From Laetmonice hystrix (taxonomy: Eukaryota), in NCBI GenBank assembly GCA_965235115.1, contig OZ249436.1:49354001-49418000 (forward strand): a stretch of 64,000 nt of DNA, read 5' to 3'. Position 1 is the stretch's first letter. Each line of letters starts with the position of its first letter. The translations under genes and the position numbers were made by a program. The notes below the pieces were generated by a model. That model was given only the letters and a program-made list of their open reading frames with translations, made no database searches and was not told the DNA's origin. Positions 27,126-39,354 of the stretch are shown piece by piece.

Positions 27126-30121
27126 GACACTCTGACAGTGCCAGAAGTGTTAAGTTGCTCTATAATAATCTGAAATATGTTTGTGTATGCATGTATGCAT
27201 ACAATGTAAACAAATAGGCGAGCCTTCTACATGTCTATCATGTCATGTTAGGACATCATTTGATTATCTCCACTTATTCACTCTACAGTTCCTTTCTTTG
27301 AGACCACGCCCACTTTACCTGACAGTCAGACAAGTCTTGACGAGACAGCTATTATTGTGTCCACCTACCGACTCCTCATTGCCTCTCAATTAACCCTATA
27401 CCATTTAAATGCACTCTGTCTCATTTCCAAAGCAAACCGAACGACGCTGTCAATCGACTGGTGGAGAGTCGTCGTGACAAATATCAAGGTGGACGACACG
27501 AGTGCCACTTCCGGTCCCGGATCAAACACTCGGACAAATCCCGCAAAGTCTCGTCAGAGTAGTTGCGAGAAAATCCATTGCAAGCCGTGTCACGCGCTGG
27601 GTCGTGGCCACCATAATCCGATTCAGCCGATGAGCCTATTTAGTGGCAAAACAAATGAATTGAAGGCATCTCTACCGACCGGCAGATTGGGCCCAATTAG
27701 TTTTGACAAGCGGTATTAGTACGGAGCAAATGAAGGTAGCAGCACGGCAGATTTACAGCACATTCGCGCCTAGTTGGCTGTAGCAACTCGCAACAGAACG
27801 GTGATAAATAGATTCGGACGCACTAAATTGCCATAATCCGTGGGCCTCAGCTCCAACAGGGTCATGGCAGTCCTGGCCGAGTCAGGGACGGGTCTAAGGT
27901 GTCGTACCACTGCCACAGGTTCGGAGTGGCACGCAGCGCTCCGACTTTTATCGGATAAACCCGCGGCTGACGTGAGGTTAGGCGCGACATGGCGAGATCT
28001 CGTCTCGTAATCATGGCGATGGGTGCCGGCGGTCGCGACAAATTAAGTTGTTGCGTATTAAGGAAGATTGGCGCGTTTTCATCATCCGCTTCACGGTGGC
28101 TTTCATCGAAATCCCACAGCTTGCCCGATTCCTTGCCTCGGGCCCCACCGACCGGCTCGCAACATCGTCCCTTTAAGATCGTATCTCGTGCAGCATATTT
28201 AAGTGGTGTTTTTCATTATTACTTCGGCAACGATAACTGCATTAAAGGAATCAACCCTTTAAGATCATGTAAAGAAGGTTTGAAGAAATACAGAGGGGAT
28301 CATGATGTAGATTTCAATCGGTACAGTTTCCATAGTAACGATAAATCCAGTACCAGACCATGCACAATCAACTCTTATCCCCTGATCCTCGAGCGACTAC
28401 GCTCAGTTTATTGTATTTTCCCTTGTTTTTCTTGTATCTGTGTCACTGCAGAACAACGTTTCCTAAACTTTAATAACAGAATTGAGATTAGCATGTACTG
28501 AGCGACATTTCTGTTCAATTAGCTCAGAACTAAGCTAAACTGCAGGGCATGCCATTCCATGGAATGGCGGTATAAAACTATGCAGTTACTCGAGGAAACA
28601 TTTTTATGGTTGACAGCCAAGGAACATTGGGATTTCTTTTATCAGAGACAGTCGGCAGACGACGGATGACGAAGAAGTCCATTACAATTCACTAATAGTA
28701 TGTATAGTCTGTCAGTCGGTGCTCGCCTTGAGGCCATATCCTGAGGGTATTCCATGAAGACAATTAGGCTTGTCGAGAGCTGGTCTCTTGATACGTTGGC
28801 TACAGTCCCAGAGCGCGCCATATTTACTCCCGGCAGAGAGCGTGGAGACCATGCTGTAATCAATCACATTGAGCACGTCGTCACCACTCCATATTTAGTC
28901 ATTCTGTAACCGTAAACTACTTGTGGGAGTATCCACTACGCGTTCATTGACCTTGGGCTAAGTGAGCGTTCGCTGGCACCATGATTTCACTTCGCCTGAT
29001 GTGATTGTTCAGTCCAACCTTTCACAATACCACGAGTGTGACGTAACTCCGCTAATTCACTTCGACTGAAAATGCAAATGAAAGAGCAGACCGCCGTGAT
29101 GAGACTTTGGCCATACATGCATACATTCTCTACAAATATTTACTGATGCACAGAATCCATTGATGGCAGTATCAATTCATTCAATGTGGGAAGAGAATAT
29201 CTGAGAACTAAGACTGCTGGTGTTACTCTCTAAAGGTTGATCTATATTTGGTATCCTGATTCGTTGACCTTTCGGGAGGAAAGCTGACTTTATCAAACAG
29301 TTTTCCTGTTTGAAAATCTCCAAATCACAGGGAGGCCATTGGCCTGGATTGTCATTAGTGTAAAGGTCACAAATGGTCAAGGCTGTCCATTTATAGGGCA
29401 TGCCAGCTACTGCCGACTTCTGAGGTCAAATTGGGCATTATTGACGTTCTATCGGCCTGAACATGTAATTTAGCGTTGGGAAATGATGAATCAACATGAA
29501 TTCCAAAAAGAATGTATTCCTGCACGTTTTGCTCTGATTATTCTGTTTTACCCAGATGTCTATGCGGCAAATGTTTCTGGCTTATTGCAGTATTGTTTGT
29601 GCTAAATGCACTTTACATAGACAACAGCAGCATGTTGTTTACAGTGACGTTGTCAATGTTACAAAACCACAGCAGGACAAAATTAATACCAGGTTTCTCT
29701 GCATGGTCGCCCGGTGTAAATATGCTTTAGTAATGAGCTATCACTTGAAAACAAACAAACAAGAGCTATGGTCTCAGGAAACAAAGAGTTCCGTCGCGGT
29801 GGGCATTTACTAAAATGTAAAAAGAAAAGGTATCTATCTATCCGCATTTCACATTTGAAAACCAAACAACTACTCAAAGGGAACTTGTTTCTTCAGTCTG
29901 CACAGGCTAGGTCCTGTCATCAGTGATCTAACATTACCTCCATCACAGTCTGGCTGCAAACTAATTATCTATGCCGTAGTCTGCGTGCCACTATCAAATA
30001 TCCTTTTCTGGAAAAAAGTCTGTCTGCTAGCAGACAAAGTCTAATTTAGTTATTGTGATTTTATATAAAATATACCGAGAGAGGACGCCGGGCAGACGAG
30101 ACTGTGCGCGATCACGTGTAG

Positions 30122-30134
30122 TGCCCTCTGGCGG
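30122..30134 (-). promoter_or_regulatory. CTCF consensus motif
   Basis: Reverse complement ccgccagagggca, exact match to CCRCYAGRKGGCR. Confidence 0.6.
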
Positions 30135-33009
30135 GAACTTTACACAGGAACGCCCGAGGAACGCCCCCTTTTGTTGGAATGAATGGCTGTTGACAGATTC
30201 ACTGAAGCAGACGAACACGCCTCGTTGATCATGAAAGTGCAAATTTTCACACCGCACTGAGCAGCGTTGAAGTAAAAGAAAGTGGGATGGCACGAAAAGG
30301 CACAATAGGATCAATATAAGACACTTGGCTCCCTGATCGGATTCCATGGAATGAAAAAAAATAATGATTTGAAGTATATTTCTATACAACACTCAATTTG
30401 GAGCACGAATAATAATTAATGTATCTTTGAAATATTTAGTAAGTCCTAACACTATTACTACTGCTGGACAGTGATGTGTGACATGGAACTATAAAGTACT
30501 GTTGACTTTTTCAGTTTTTCATGTTGTTTTATTTATGTTGTAAACCCCTGCCATCATTAGCCCTATGTTCGATGGTCACACTGACTTCGCGCAGTTGGAA
30601 CTGCGGCCGGTTCGTATGCGAACCATGGGTGTGGGCTGGGTGCCGAGTCGACCAGATTGATCCTGACTTAATAAAGCAATCTTTTGCCTAGGATAAGCCT
30701 AATCTGAGCCCCGGCCAGATCGATAATCCCGAGGCCGTTTTGTAATCTGCCCAATTTGCATGCCTCATTAGGCACCGCATGGTGTCGCTCCACTGTCCTT
30801 TGTGACCCGGATGGGCGGCCATCTTGTCATTGCCTGCCGTGAACCAAGCGACGCGCCATGTGCCTAATCGATCATGTTCAAATTGGATCAATTAGCCCCT
30901 TATTTATACAGCCAAGACGCTGGTCCTTGCTCAGGGTATGGAGGGTTAGGGTTATGTCTCATTGGTCAGGGGTAAACCTTCTTTGATATGATAGCAGGGT
31001 AAGTCGTCTAGGACGAACTTTAGAAGGCCAAGGTGTATTGAGATCGGGCATGTATTCGGGAAAGTCTGAGAAGATGGACAGAAAGACCTAAGAGGATACA
31101 TAGTAAGACTTTGACTGGGTAATTTAACCCGCCAAATGCACTTAACCAGGGTCAAAAGGATTTTTCTTTAAAAAAAACAGCAAAGAGGAATAGAAGCATG
31201 TCTAAAATGCGGACCCAAGATCTCCGGACCATTGGGTTTAGTAGAACACAATCTCGTTCCCAAATCGTTGCCATCAGGCAGTTAATGTCATAGATGCATG
31301 GCTTGATGAGTCACTTAGGTTTCCCATGCGACCTTCCTTAACTAGGGACATTTACATACCGCCTCGGGATGGGCCAATCACCAACATCAAAGGGAAGCAG
31401 GGTCATCGGTGACCCATTCAACAATCAGTGACCCATCGTTTGGTTGGAATTCGGGTCTCTTACCGTATAGGTTCAACCAATCGTGTGTGGGTTGTTTATC
31501 AACCGGTATGAGATATCAAGAGTTTATTATATATATACTCCTATCAAAAGGGGTTAATGAGTACTCATTAGATATAATCTATGTTGTTTATGGTGATACA
31601 TTTGTTCCGATGACAGTTTGCAATGTTTCCGTTAGTTTTTCTGCCCTTATTAATACTTTCCTCTCGTCTCGATTATAACTTGTTGTTACGTGCCTTCAAT
31701 CCGTGTAAGACCATCAGCAGTGCGCCTTGTAATGATGAGAACCACAGAAAGACATGAGTGAACGATTGGAGCCCACCGTGTGCCGTAACCATTGTGACGG
31801 AATGGTCCACACCTTTGTTACGTTGTTAGACAATTATCAGCATCGTTAAGCAATGCGTGAAGTCAATCGGGGCGATGAGGTGTCCCAGACAACTGGAGGC
31901 GACAGCAGGTTTTGTAATGCAATTAAGCGTATTAGTTTTTTCTTGTAGCCACTAATGAACATGTATGCCCGGCTAACGAGCGCGGGGAGTAGGTTGGAAG
32001 GACGAGGCCAGGCCCAGAGCCCCCGGGGCTATTAGGCCTGAGTCTCGGCGAAGCGCTACCGAGGGTCCCCGGGGGAAGTCTTATTAGTCACCGGGTCAAA
32101 CCCAGGCCCGGCCCGCGGCGATACGGCCGCCCGGCGACGGCTGCCAGCCCCGCAGTGTATCCAAGCGGCAGACCTCGCTGCCCAACTCGTGAAACAATTC
32201 CCCATTTTCCTATGCTACTATCATGTATCTTTTCTCCGCCGTGATTGTAGTTAGAGGAAACGCTGCTGCCCTATTTGGCTGGTAGGGGGAGCCACGGCTA
32301 CATTTATCAGTCGAGGAGGAGGGGTACGAGATGAGCACGGGTGGCGGGGATGTTAGGAGCCGGAGATAGAGTGCAGCGTTTCCCGGTAATGGGAGAGGCG
32401 CAGTGACAGAAGTTGGTTAGCCGGGTCAGCGCTGTTGTCGGCCAACAGGGGAGGAGCCTGCATGTGAACAGCGACCTGGCTGATGAGACCTTATTGTCTC
32501 CGTTCGCACCATTCCGGCCTATCAATCACGCATGGACTTGGCGGATCAGGATCCACTGACAAAGGTCATAGGTCACACCAAACCTAATAACTTTAATTTC
32601 ACCAGCTGAGAGCGGACCGTCTGTACACGCACCAAATGAACATTGTACAGAGGCGAAAGTCTCCACATATAGAGCCGGGATTTAACCTTGACAGCAGACA
32701 TCATTATATCATAGGTCAGAATAGAAATCGATAAAAGATTAAACCTCCCTCGCCACCAGCATGGCTGCTCTAGAAACATCGGTCTATGTCATACACACAT
32801 ATAAACACACCCATATTAAACGGAGATTTTCTGGCGCCCCTGACACGAACTGAGGCTCGTATGCAAATTCTTTGGTGCGGCAGCTGCTTGAAAACGGCCT
32901 TTTTAGATTCACAAAATGATTGTGACATCACTTGTATTTTTAGTGTATATGTCCCATATTTGTCCCGTAATTATTGCTTCTTATAGACTTAAAAAGAAGA
33001 ATATATAGA

Positions 33010-33677
33010 CTGGTTATACTGTTAAAGGAGGAGCCTGCATATGAACAGCGATCTGGTTATACTGTTAAAGGAGCATACATATGAACAGCGACCTGCATGG
33101 TTATACTGTTAAAGGAGCATACATATGAACAGCGACCTGGTTATACTGCTAAAGGAGCATACATATGAACAGCGATCTGGTTATACTGTTAAAGGAGGAG
33201 CCTGCATATGAACAGCGATCTGGTTATACTGTTAAAGGAGGAGCCTACATATGAACAGCGATCTGGTTATACTGTTAAAGGAGGACCCTGCATATGAACA
33301 GCGATCTGGTTATACTGTTAAAGGAGCATACATATGAACAGCGATCTGGTTATACTGTTAAAGGAGCATACATATGAACAGCGATCTGGTTATACTGTTA
33401 AAGGGGGAGCCTGCATATGAACAGCGATCTGGTTATACTGTTAAAGGAGGAGCCTGCATATGAACAGCGATCTGGTTATACTGTTAAAGGAGCATACATA
33501 TGAACAGCGATCTGGTTATACTGTTAAAGGAAAAGCCTACATATTAACAGCGATCTGGTTATACTGTTAAAGGAGCATACATATGAACAGCGACCTGGTT
33601 ATACTGTTAAAGGAGCATACATATGAACAGCGACCTGGTTATACTGTTAAAGGAGGAGCCTGCATATGACCAGCGAC
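33010..33677. repeat. Minisatellite, mixed 43-bp and 40-bp units, ~16 copies
   Basis: Units ctggttatactgttaaaggaggagcctgcatatgaacagcgat and ctggttatactgttaaaggagcatacatatgaacagcgat. Confidence 0.95.
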
Positions 33678-35779
33678 ATGCTGTTAAAAGTCGGTCTTGC
33701 TGAAGCAAGTAAAGTTTGACATGAAATCAGCATTTTCTAGGGATCTTATGATCTCTAATTTTGTTTCTGTTATGTTTGTGAAGAGAAACATGTATTTTTT
33801 TCACGAGGACGTCAACTACATAATATGTCTCTCACAGATGTAAAAAAAAAGGCGTCGAAATGGCTTAGAAGAAAGAACCGGCTTGAACCCGTTATAGACC
33901 GGGTCCCATTGTCTTGCACATCTCACTCCCGTTACAATAACATATAATAAGCTGTACATGGGGCTTATTACGAGTTCCGAGATGGTTCATAAAATTAAAA
34001 CTCTCGTTTCGCTGCCACCAATTGCCCTGCTCATAGTTTGCACAGGCCGCCATTGGAGCGGTTGTGAAAGGATCGGGTCCTGACTAAAGTCTGTATTAGC
34101 TTTGTTAACCGGCCCCACACAATGCCTTTGAAGATCTCGCATGGTTAGATTGAAACCTTACGATTCTAATAATGATTCTCTGAGCGCAGGATTATATTAT
34201 GCAATGCCCTCATGTTTGAAATTTGTCATTCGTTTGTCATGGTAGAAGTTCATCCGCGACTAAATTCTATACAATTTATGTCTTCTAAGTCTGCTGTCAT
34301 CTGTCATCTGTCACCGGTCTGTGTCAATAATGAATAACACAGAGAACAGAGCATAGTGACTTTCAGTTAAAGTTTATAGAGATTAAAACACATTAAGGTA
34401 AAACTGTTATCAGAATTAATATGAGCGTTATAAAAGATCAACCAGAGCTGATGCTATAATCCTCGGCATTGCGCTATACAAATCAATAAAGTCTGCACAA
34501 TTTTGATTTTCTAGACTACCTCAACAGGCCTGGATAAAATGGTCGACTACCATCTGCTTTCTGTCACTCAAACATTGTTTCTTTGCATATTTACAAGAGA
34601 CAAAGCAGACCAAAGAATCTGTATACACTGCCTTCTTGCTCTTCAAAGCGACACTAGTTCGACAACATGACTTCGACTTCGAATCGCCACTTCGTGTAGT
34701 ATTCTAGTTTAGTGGACAGACAGAGGGTTGCCTCAGCAGGAGCTTTGATATACCATGAGATTAGGTTGTTTCACTCAGTTTTACCATCACTGCACCATTC
34801 TCGTCAAACTCCCAGCAGCTGGCGACGTTCTCGCGATCTGTCACGGGAGTTCTCGCACATCAGCGGGCACTGAAACGCTGCGGGGTTCACATTATCACTT
34901 ACACGGGCCTGCTTGGCCGATTTCAAAGGAACTGCTAGCGTGCATGGCCCTCAAACAAATATTGGACCTTCCACTGGGGGAGGGGGGAGGTGTTCCACTT
35001 TGCCTAAGAAACATTAGCAGAAACAGACAGGAAAATTGCAATGTCGTGCCTGTGGGGTTCTGAAGACGGCTTCTGGGGAATCTATTATTTGATATCTCAC
35101 AGATAATCTAGTTCCTGTTTTGATATCGTGCAAGTTGCAATTATCTTCTTGGGCAGAGTAACTCTCGACAGCGATAGCTCGTATGACATTTGTTAGAGCG
35201 TGCAGCACTCCAGTAGTATAAAGAAATGACACTATGCATCAGGTAGTTATTGACATACATTTGCTTATGGTCGTCACAATGTTAGACCCGACACTTCTAT
35301 TATAGCATAGGTTCTGATATAACAAGTGTTTTTACAGTTTTATTATAATATACCGGAGGAAATCCGAAATGTAAAGTGAATCAAGTATATAAAAAAGACA
35401 CATGATTGCAAAAGGGAGATCCCGTGCAGACACAGCGTTTTAAAGTAGGCCCACATCTGGCCAAATAATTTCTATTTAGTTTGCATTAACGGAGAAACCT
35501 AATTACTGTTCATTCCAAACGTCGCCCATCCTGGCGAGGCGTTGACCAGGCACGGTGAACGGCGCCTGTCCCAATAAAACAATCAACTGCTGGGTGTCAG
35601 GAAAAGCAGCATTTGTCCATCAAACGGCATTTGTCCACCAAGCGTCGTTGGCCGGGGGTGCTCGCAGTTAACACGTGGCACGTCGGAAGGCTACCTTACG
35701 CGTGGAGGGAGGCGCAACCCTTGGCACGGCTCGGCACTACCACCGGCACGCCCCACGTTACAACTACAGACACCTTCCC

Positions 35780-35792
35780 CTGCTAGGTGGCG
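35780..35792 (+). promoter_or_regulatory. CTCF-like motif (1 mismatch)
   Basis: ctgctaggtggcg followed by ct. Confidence 0.45.
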
Positions 35793-36882
35793 CTCGTTCA
35801 TCACCAGCCTATCAGCGGCAATGAGTTCCCCTGGGGGTCGTTGGAGTAACACATCTGTCTTTCGTCTTCCTACGCCAAGTTTACCGTGTGACGGGTTGGG
35901 GCGCGGAGGAAAGGGAGTTGTATCTGAGGTAGCGGGCATTCTATTACCCCACCCCCACCCCCACCCCCGCCCCCGCCCCCGCCATGGAATGCGTGCGTTT
36001 CGGGTTTAGGGTTTAGGGCGGAACAGTGGCCAGGCAGGACGCGTGGTTGTCGGCGGGTAGCTAACGGTGACATCGCACGTAGTCGGTCGCGTGGTAACGG
36101 GTTTGATGGACGGGCCTAGCTGCAATACGGCCAATTCTAGTGCGATTTATTCATTACAGAAATTCGGGATAATTACGCAATACATCAGTGTTTGCGCACC
36201 AATAGACGTCACCAAACAAACCATTAGATTATTGGGGATCGGCAATAAAGAAAGGCAACAGACGTTGGCCAAATGCATCTATAGTGTCAAGGAGTGAACG
36301 ACCTAACTATAGACGTCCGTTACCGCCACGGGTTGAGTAATGAGAGTTAACTTGAAGATGATTGACTGATCAGTTGGGTGATTGAGAGATCTGCTGGTTG
36401 ATCATCGAGATCTAGACCAAGGACGTCTTCTGTTAACGTCTAGCATCCACTGCCTATGTTACAATAGGAGCTCAATACCGTATAATTGCTCAAATATTCA
36501 CTATCTGAAAGGAAGAAATCCACTTCTTTCACTGACAGTTTTATACTTGGCGGGCGAATCTTGCTGACATTACACACTCTTTATTATACGTTCCTGGTGT
36601 CCAGCGATGGCGACTATCGTAGAGAGAAAAAACTTGATTGGGGCCATAGAAAGAAGCGATGAACAGAGGCGTGTTGTTTCAAGGTTAGATGGGGAGCGTC
36701 GACTCCTGACCGACCGATTTGTCTGGAGAACCTCATGGGGCACTCTATTTTCAGTCAATATTTCACCGGCCGGAGGTTGTTTTTCACCAATTGGCCACGT
36801 ACCCGATCTAAGCTCGCGGGACCGCCTTTTGCATGGGAGGGTCTTACGGGACGGGCCCTTCAGAAATGATGACGGTCTGTGG

Positions 36883-36895
36883 CCACTAGGGGGCG
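36883..36895 (+). promoter_or_regulatory. CTCF consensus motif
   Basis: tggccactagggggcg, exact core match with favourable 5' flank tgg. Confidence 0.65.
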
Positions 36896-38666
36896 TGAGA
36901 GTCTGCAGTAGTGGTGCGGCCATGTGACATTGACAGACGACGATCAGGGCCCGACCGCAATCACCAAAGTGTTGTTTACTCAGCCGGGCACTTTTAATGG
37001 GCCTCGGTCTGAAGTGGAAGCGAGTTCATGTGGTTTTTTGTACCGTCGTCTTCCACCCATAAGAAAAAGCATTGTTTATTTTTATCTCTTGGCTGAATCA
37101 CGTTATCTGAGGTCGAGGGTTGGCTATGATAAGCACGGCGGTTAATCTAAAGAAGCAGTAAGAAGCACGCCCTTCTGTGTTGTTCGATCTACTTTTGTCT
37201 TTAAGCTTTGTACTGCTCCAGCTTAATTACCCATATTACAAACATGTGATTTAAAACAAAGAGCAGCAGAAAGTAACACTGAGTGTCTTATCTTGTTTGA
37301 ATACGGTCACCTCAAGGTTTTCTCTGCCTGATTGCCTCTGCCTGAGATGTCCGATCTCTCTGTCAGAGGTCTCGGGTCTCGGACCCAGGTCCATACGGTC
37401 CTCAGGTCGTGTTGGACATACATAGGAGGCCTACATGAAAACCACTAAAATAAAGGTTTTCCTCCTGCCATATTCCTCCTCCAGAACTTTCTGGATATAA
37501 ATACACTCTAACCTTTCACAGTATGAATGTGCTGACTATAAATCAGTTTTATGACCTTTACAAAGGTGAGTTTTTTTTATAAACCGTCATAATATTAGAA
37601 GTTAAAGTTCTGATTTTAATCAGCATTCCTGTCCGCCCCTATCACCAAACATATCTTGTTGGTTTCAACTACTTTTTTCCTTGCAGACTGTTGAACCCCT
37701 CTTCCATATTTCAGAACGTTTGCAGTTTCCTAGTACTGAACAGACCATCAAAATGCCCAAACACTGATTTTATTTTTCACCTCTCTGGAAGCGGAAACGA
37801 CACGCCAACCATAAGACCTCACCAAGCCTTACACGTCATCACGTGACGCGAGATGACCCAGCCTCGTTTTGCGGTTACCCACGAGTACACTAAGTGGTGA
37901 ATCACGTGCTTAAAGGCAATGACAAATGCCGGTCAAGTGTGTAATCGTCATAATAGGCGCTCGAGTGGTAACCATTAATTTTTAATCCGGGCTACTTTAG
38001 GTGGGCTCAAGAAACAGAGCCTTGCATTACAAGTGTCTCCTCCTGTTCTACATGAGGCCTCTCATGGGTCGGGAGCTGGTAGACCGAGGTGGATTAGCGA
38101 AGTCAGCCGCCACAACGCCCTTGTTACAGACACGTGTAGTAGTCATAGAATTCCAAACAGAACAGATTTTATAACACAAATGTTACACTTCCATCAACCG
38201 AGTCGTTCCTTGATGCAGAGATAGCAACGGTATCGATAGTATTCTTTATCGCTGACAAAGGTCTATTTAATATGCTTTACAACATTTTCTTCTATAATTC
38301 TGATCTTGGTTCCTGTATTATCTAAGCAGAACTGCACACCGAGGGAGACAGCAACACTGAAATACCCTGACGGGGGTCAAAAACTGAAATCGGGTTATAA
38401 CAATTTCTGCCAGCTGCTGTAGGGCCTACCTGATGAGTTGTGCTCCGCTGTTAGTTGGTCAACATAATTATATTTGTGGAATTGATTTTAAGATAAACTT
38501 TGCGAGATTGAATTTAAAGTACCGCCACTCCAGTAATTCCTACCTTGCTCTCTTAATGTCTATGTACATACAGCCATGTCTATGTACATATGCCAGTACG
38601 TCAGGGTTATTGACCCCGAGCCGGGGTTTTCTCTTGACTCACGCGCAGTCGTAAAGATGTTCATAG

Positions 38667-38679
38667 CGCCCCCTAGCGG
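38667..38679 (-). promoter_or_regulatory. CTCF consensus motif
   Basis: Reverse complement ggccgctagggggcgcta, exact core match with favourable flanks. Confidence 0.65.
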
Positions 38680-39354
38680 CCGCTAGGGAGACTGACCACC
38701 TCGATCAATGGCCGGCCTCGTGTACTGTACTGCATCGATTGTTTCGGTGCAAGTACGAGCGAAAGGATATTCTCTTTCTTCTTGAGCCATCAGATCTATT
38801 CTGTTTGGGTGTGACCCCCCCCCCCACACACACACACCCATCGAACTTCAAGAGGCCCGCATGAGGTCAATGAGTACGTAGTTTACGTAACGGTTAGCAG
38901 AATCTGAACAGAATGTTAGTATATTACTTGTAGAGGTGTAATGTCAGATTTTGTCAAGTCCTACGGAACCCAGCCTAGCCACAATAACACCGTTTGACGT
39001 CGTCTCAGTAAGGTCGTGCATAAATTATATTGATGATGTGAAGGCACTGTTTTCCAAACCCTAAATTACTCCTATCGATATGTCAGTCATGGCCATGGCC
39101 AGTCACAAATAGGCTTGTATATTCATTATGGCTTGACCTCATTTAGTAATTATAAAACTTCAATACCTTCTTTACCTCGTAAGGGGGGGGGGGCGGGTTT
39201 TATTGCTTACCGAGCGTCTGTTAGTTGGTCCTTTCCAGACCAAATTGACTATGGTCGGTATTTTGTGTACTACCGAATTCTGTGGGTTTCCTCTGTGAAG
39301 CATCCAGCTGTTCACACAAGAAACAGAGGTCGTGGGGGTTTCGGGTGCGTTGTT

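Noticed and set aside
26253..27173. Cys/His repeat ORF (QVTHCHSDGPSCDGRKLL)n suggesting a metal-binding protein
   Set aside because: Translation of the 54-bp minisatellite. Three frames are open and there is no codon-position bias in the variants.
35925..35945. let-7-like seed tgaggtag
   Set aside because: The match stops after 8 nt and no precursor hairpin is evident.
35998..36018. Telomere-like tttaggg repeats (also ttagg in the 5049 array)
   Set aside because: Only two copies here and one per unit in the array; not an interstitial telomere tract.
36300..36351. Possible TTAA-type transposon right end (ctatagacgtcc...gagagttaa)
   Set aside because: No matching left terminal inverted repeat found.
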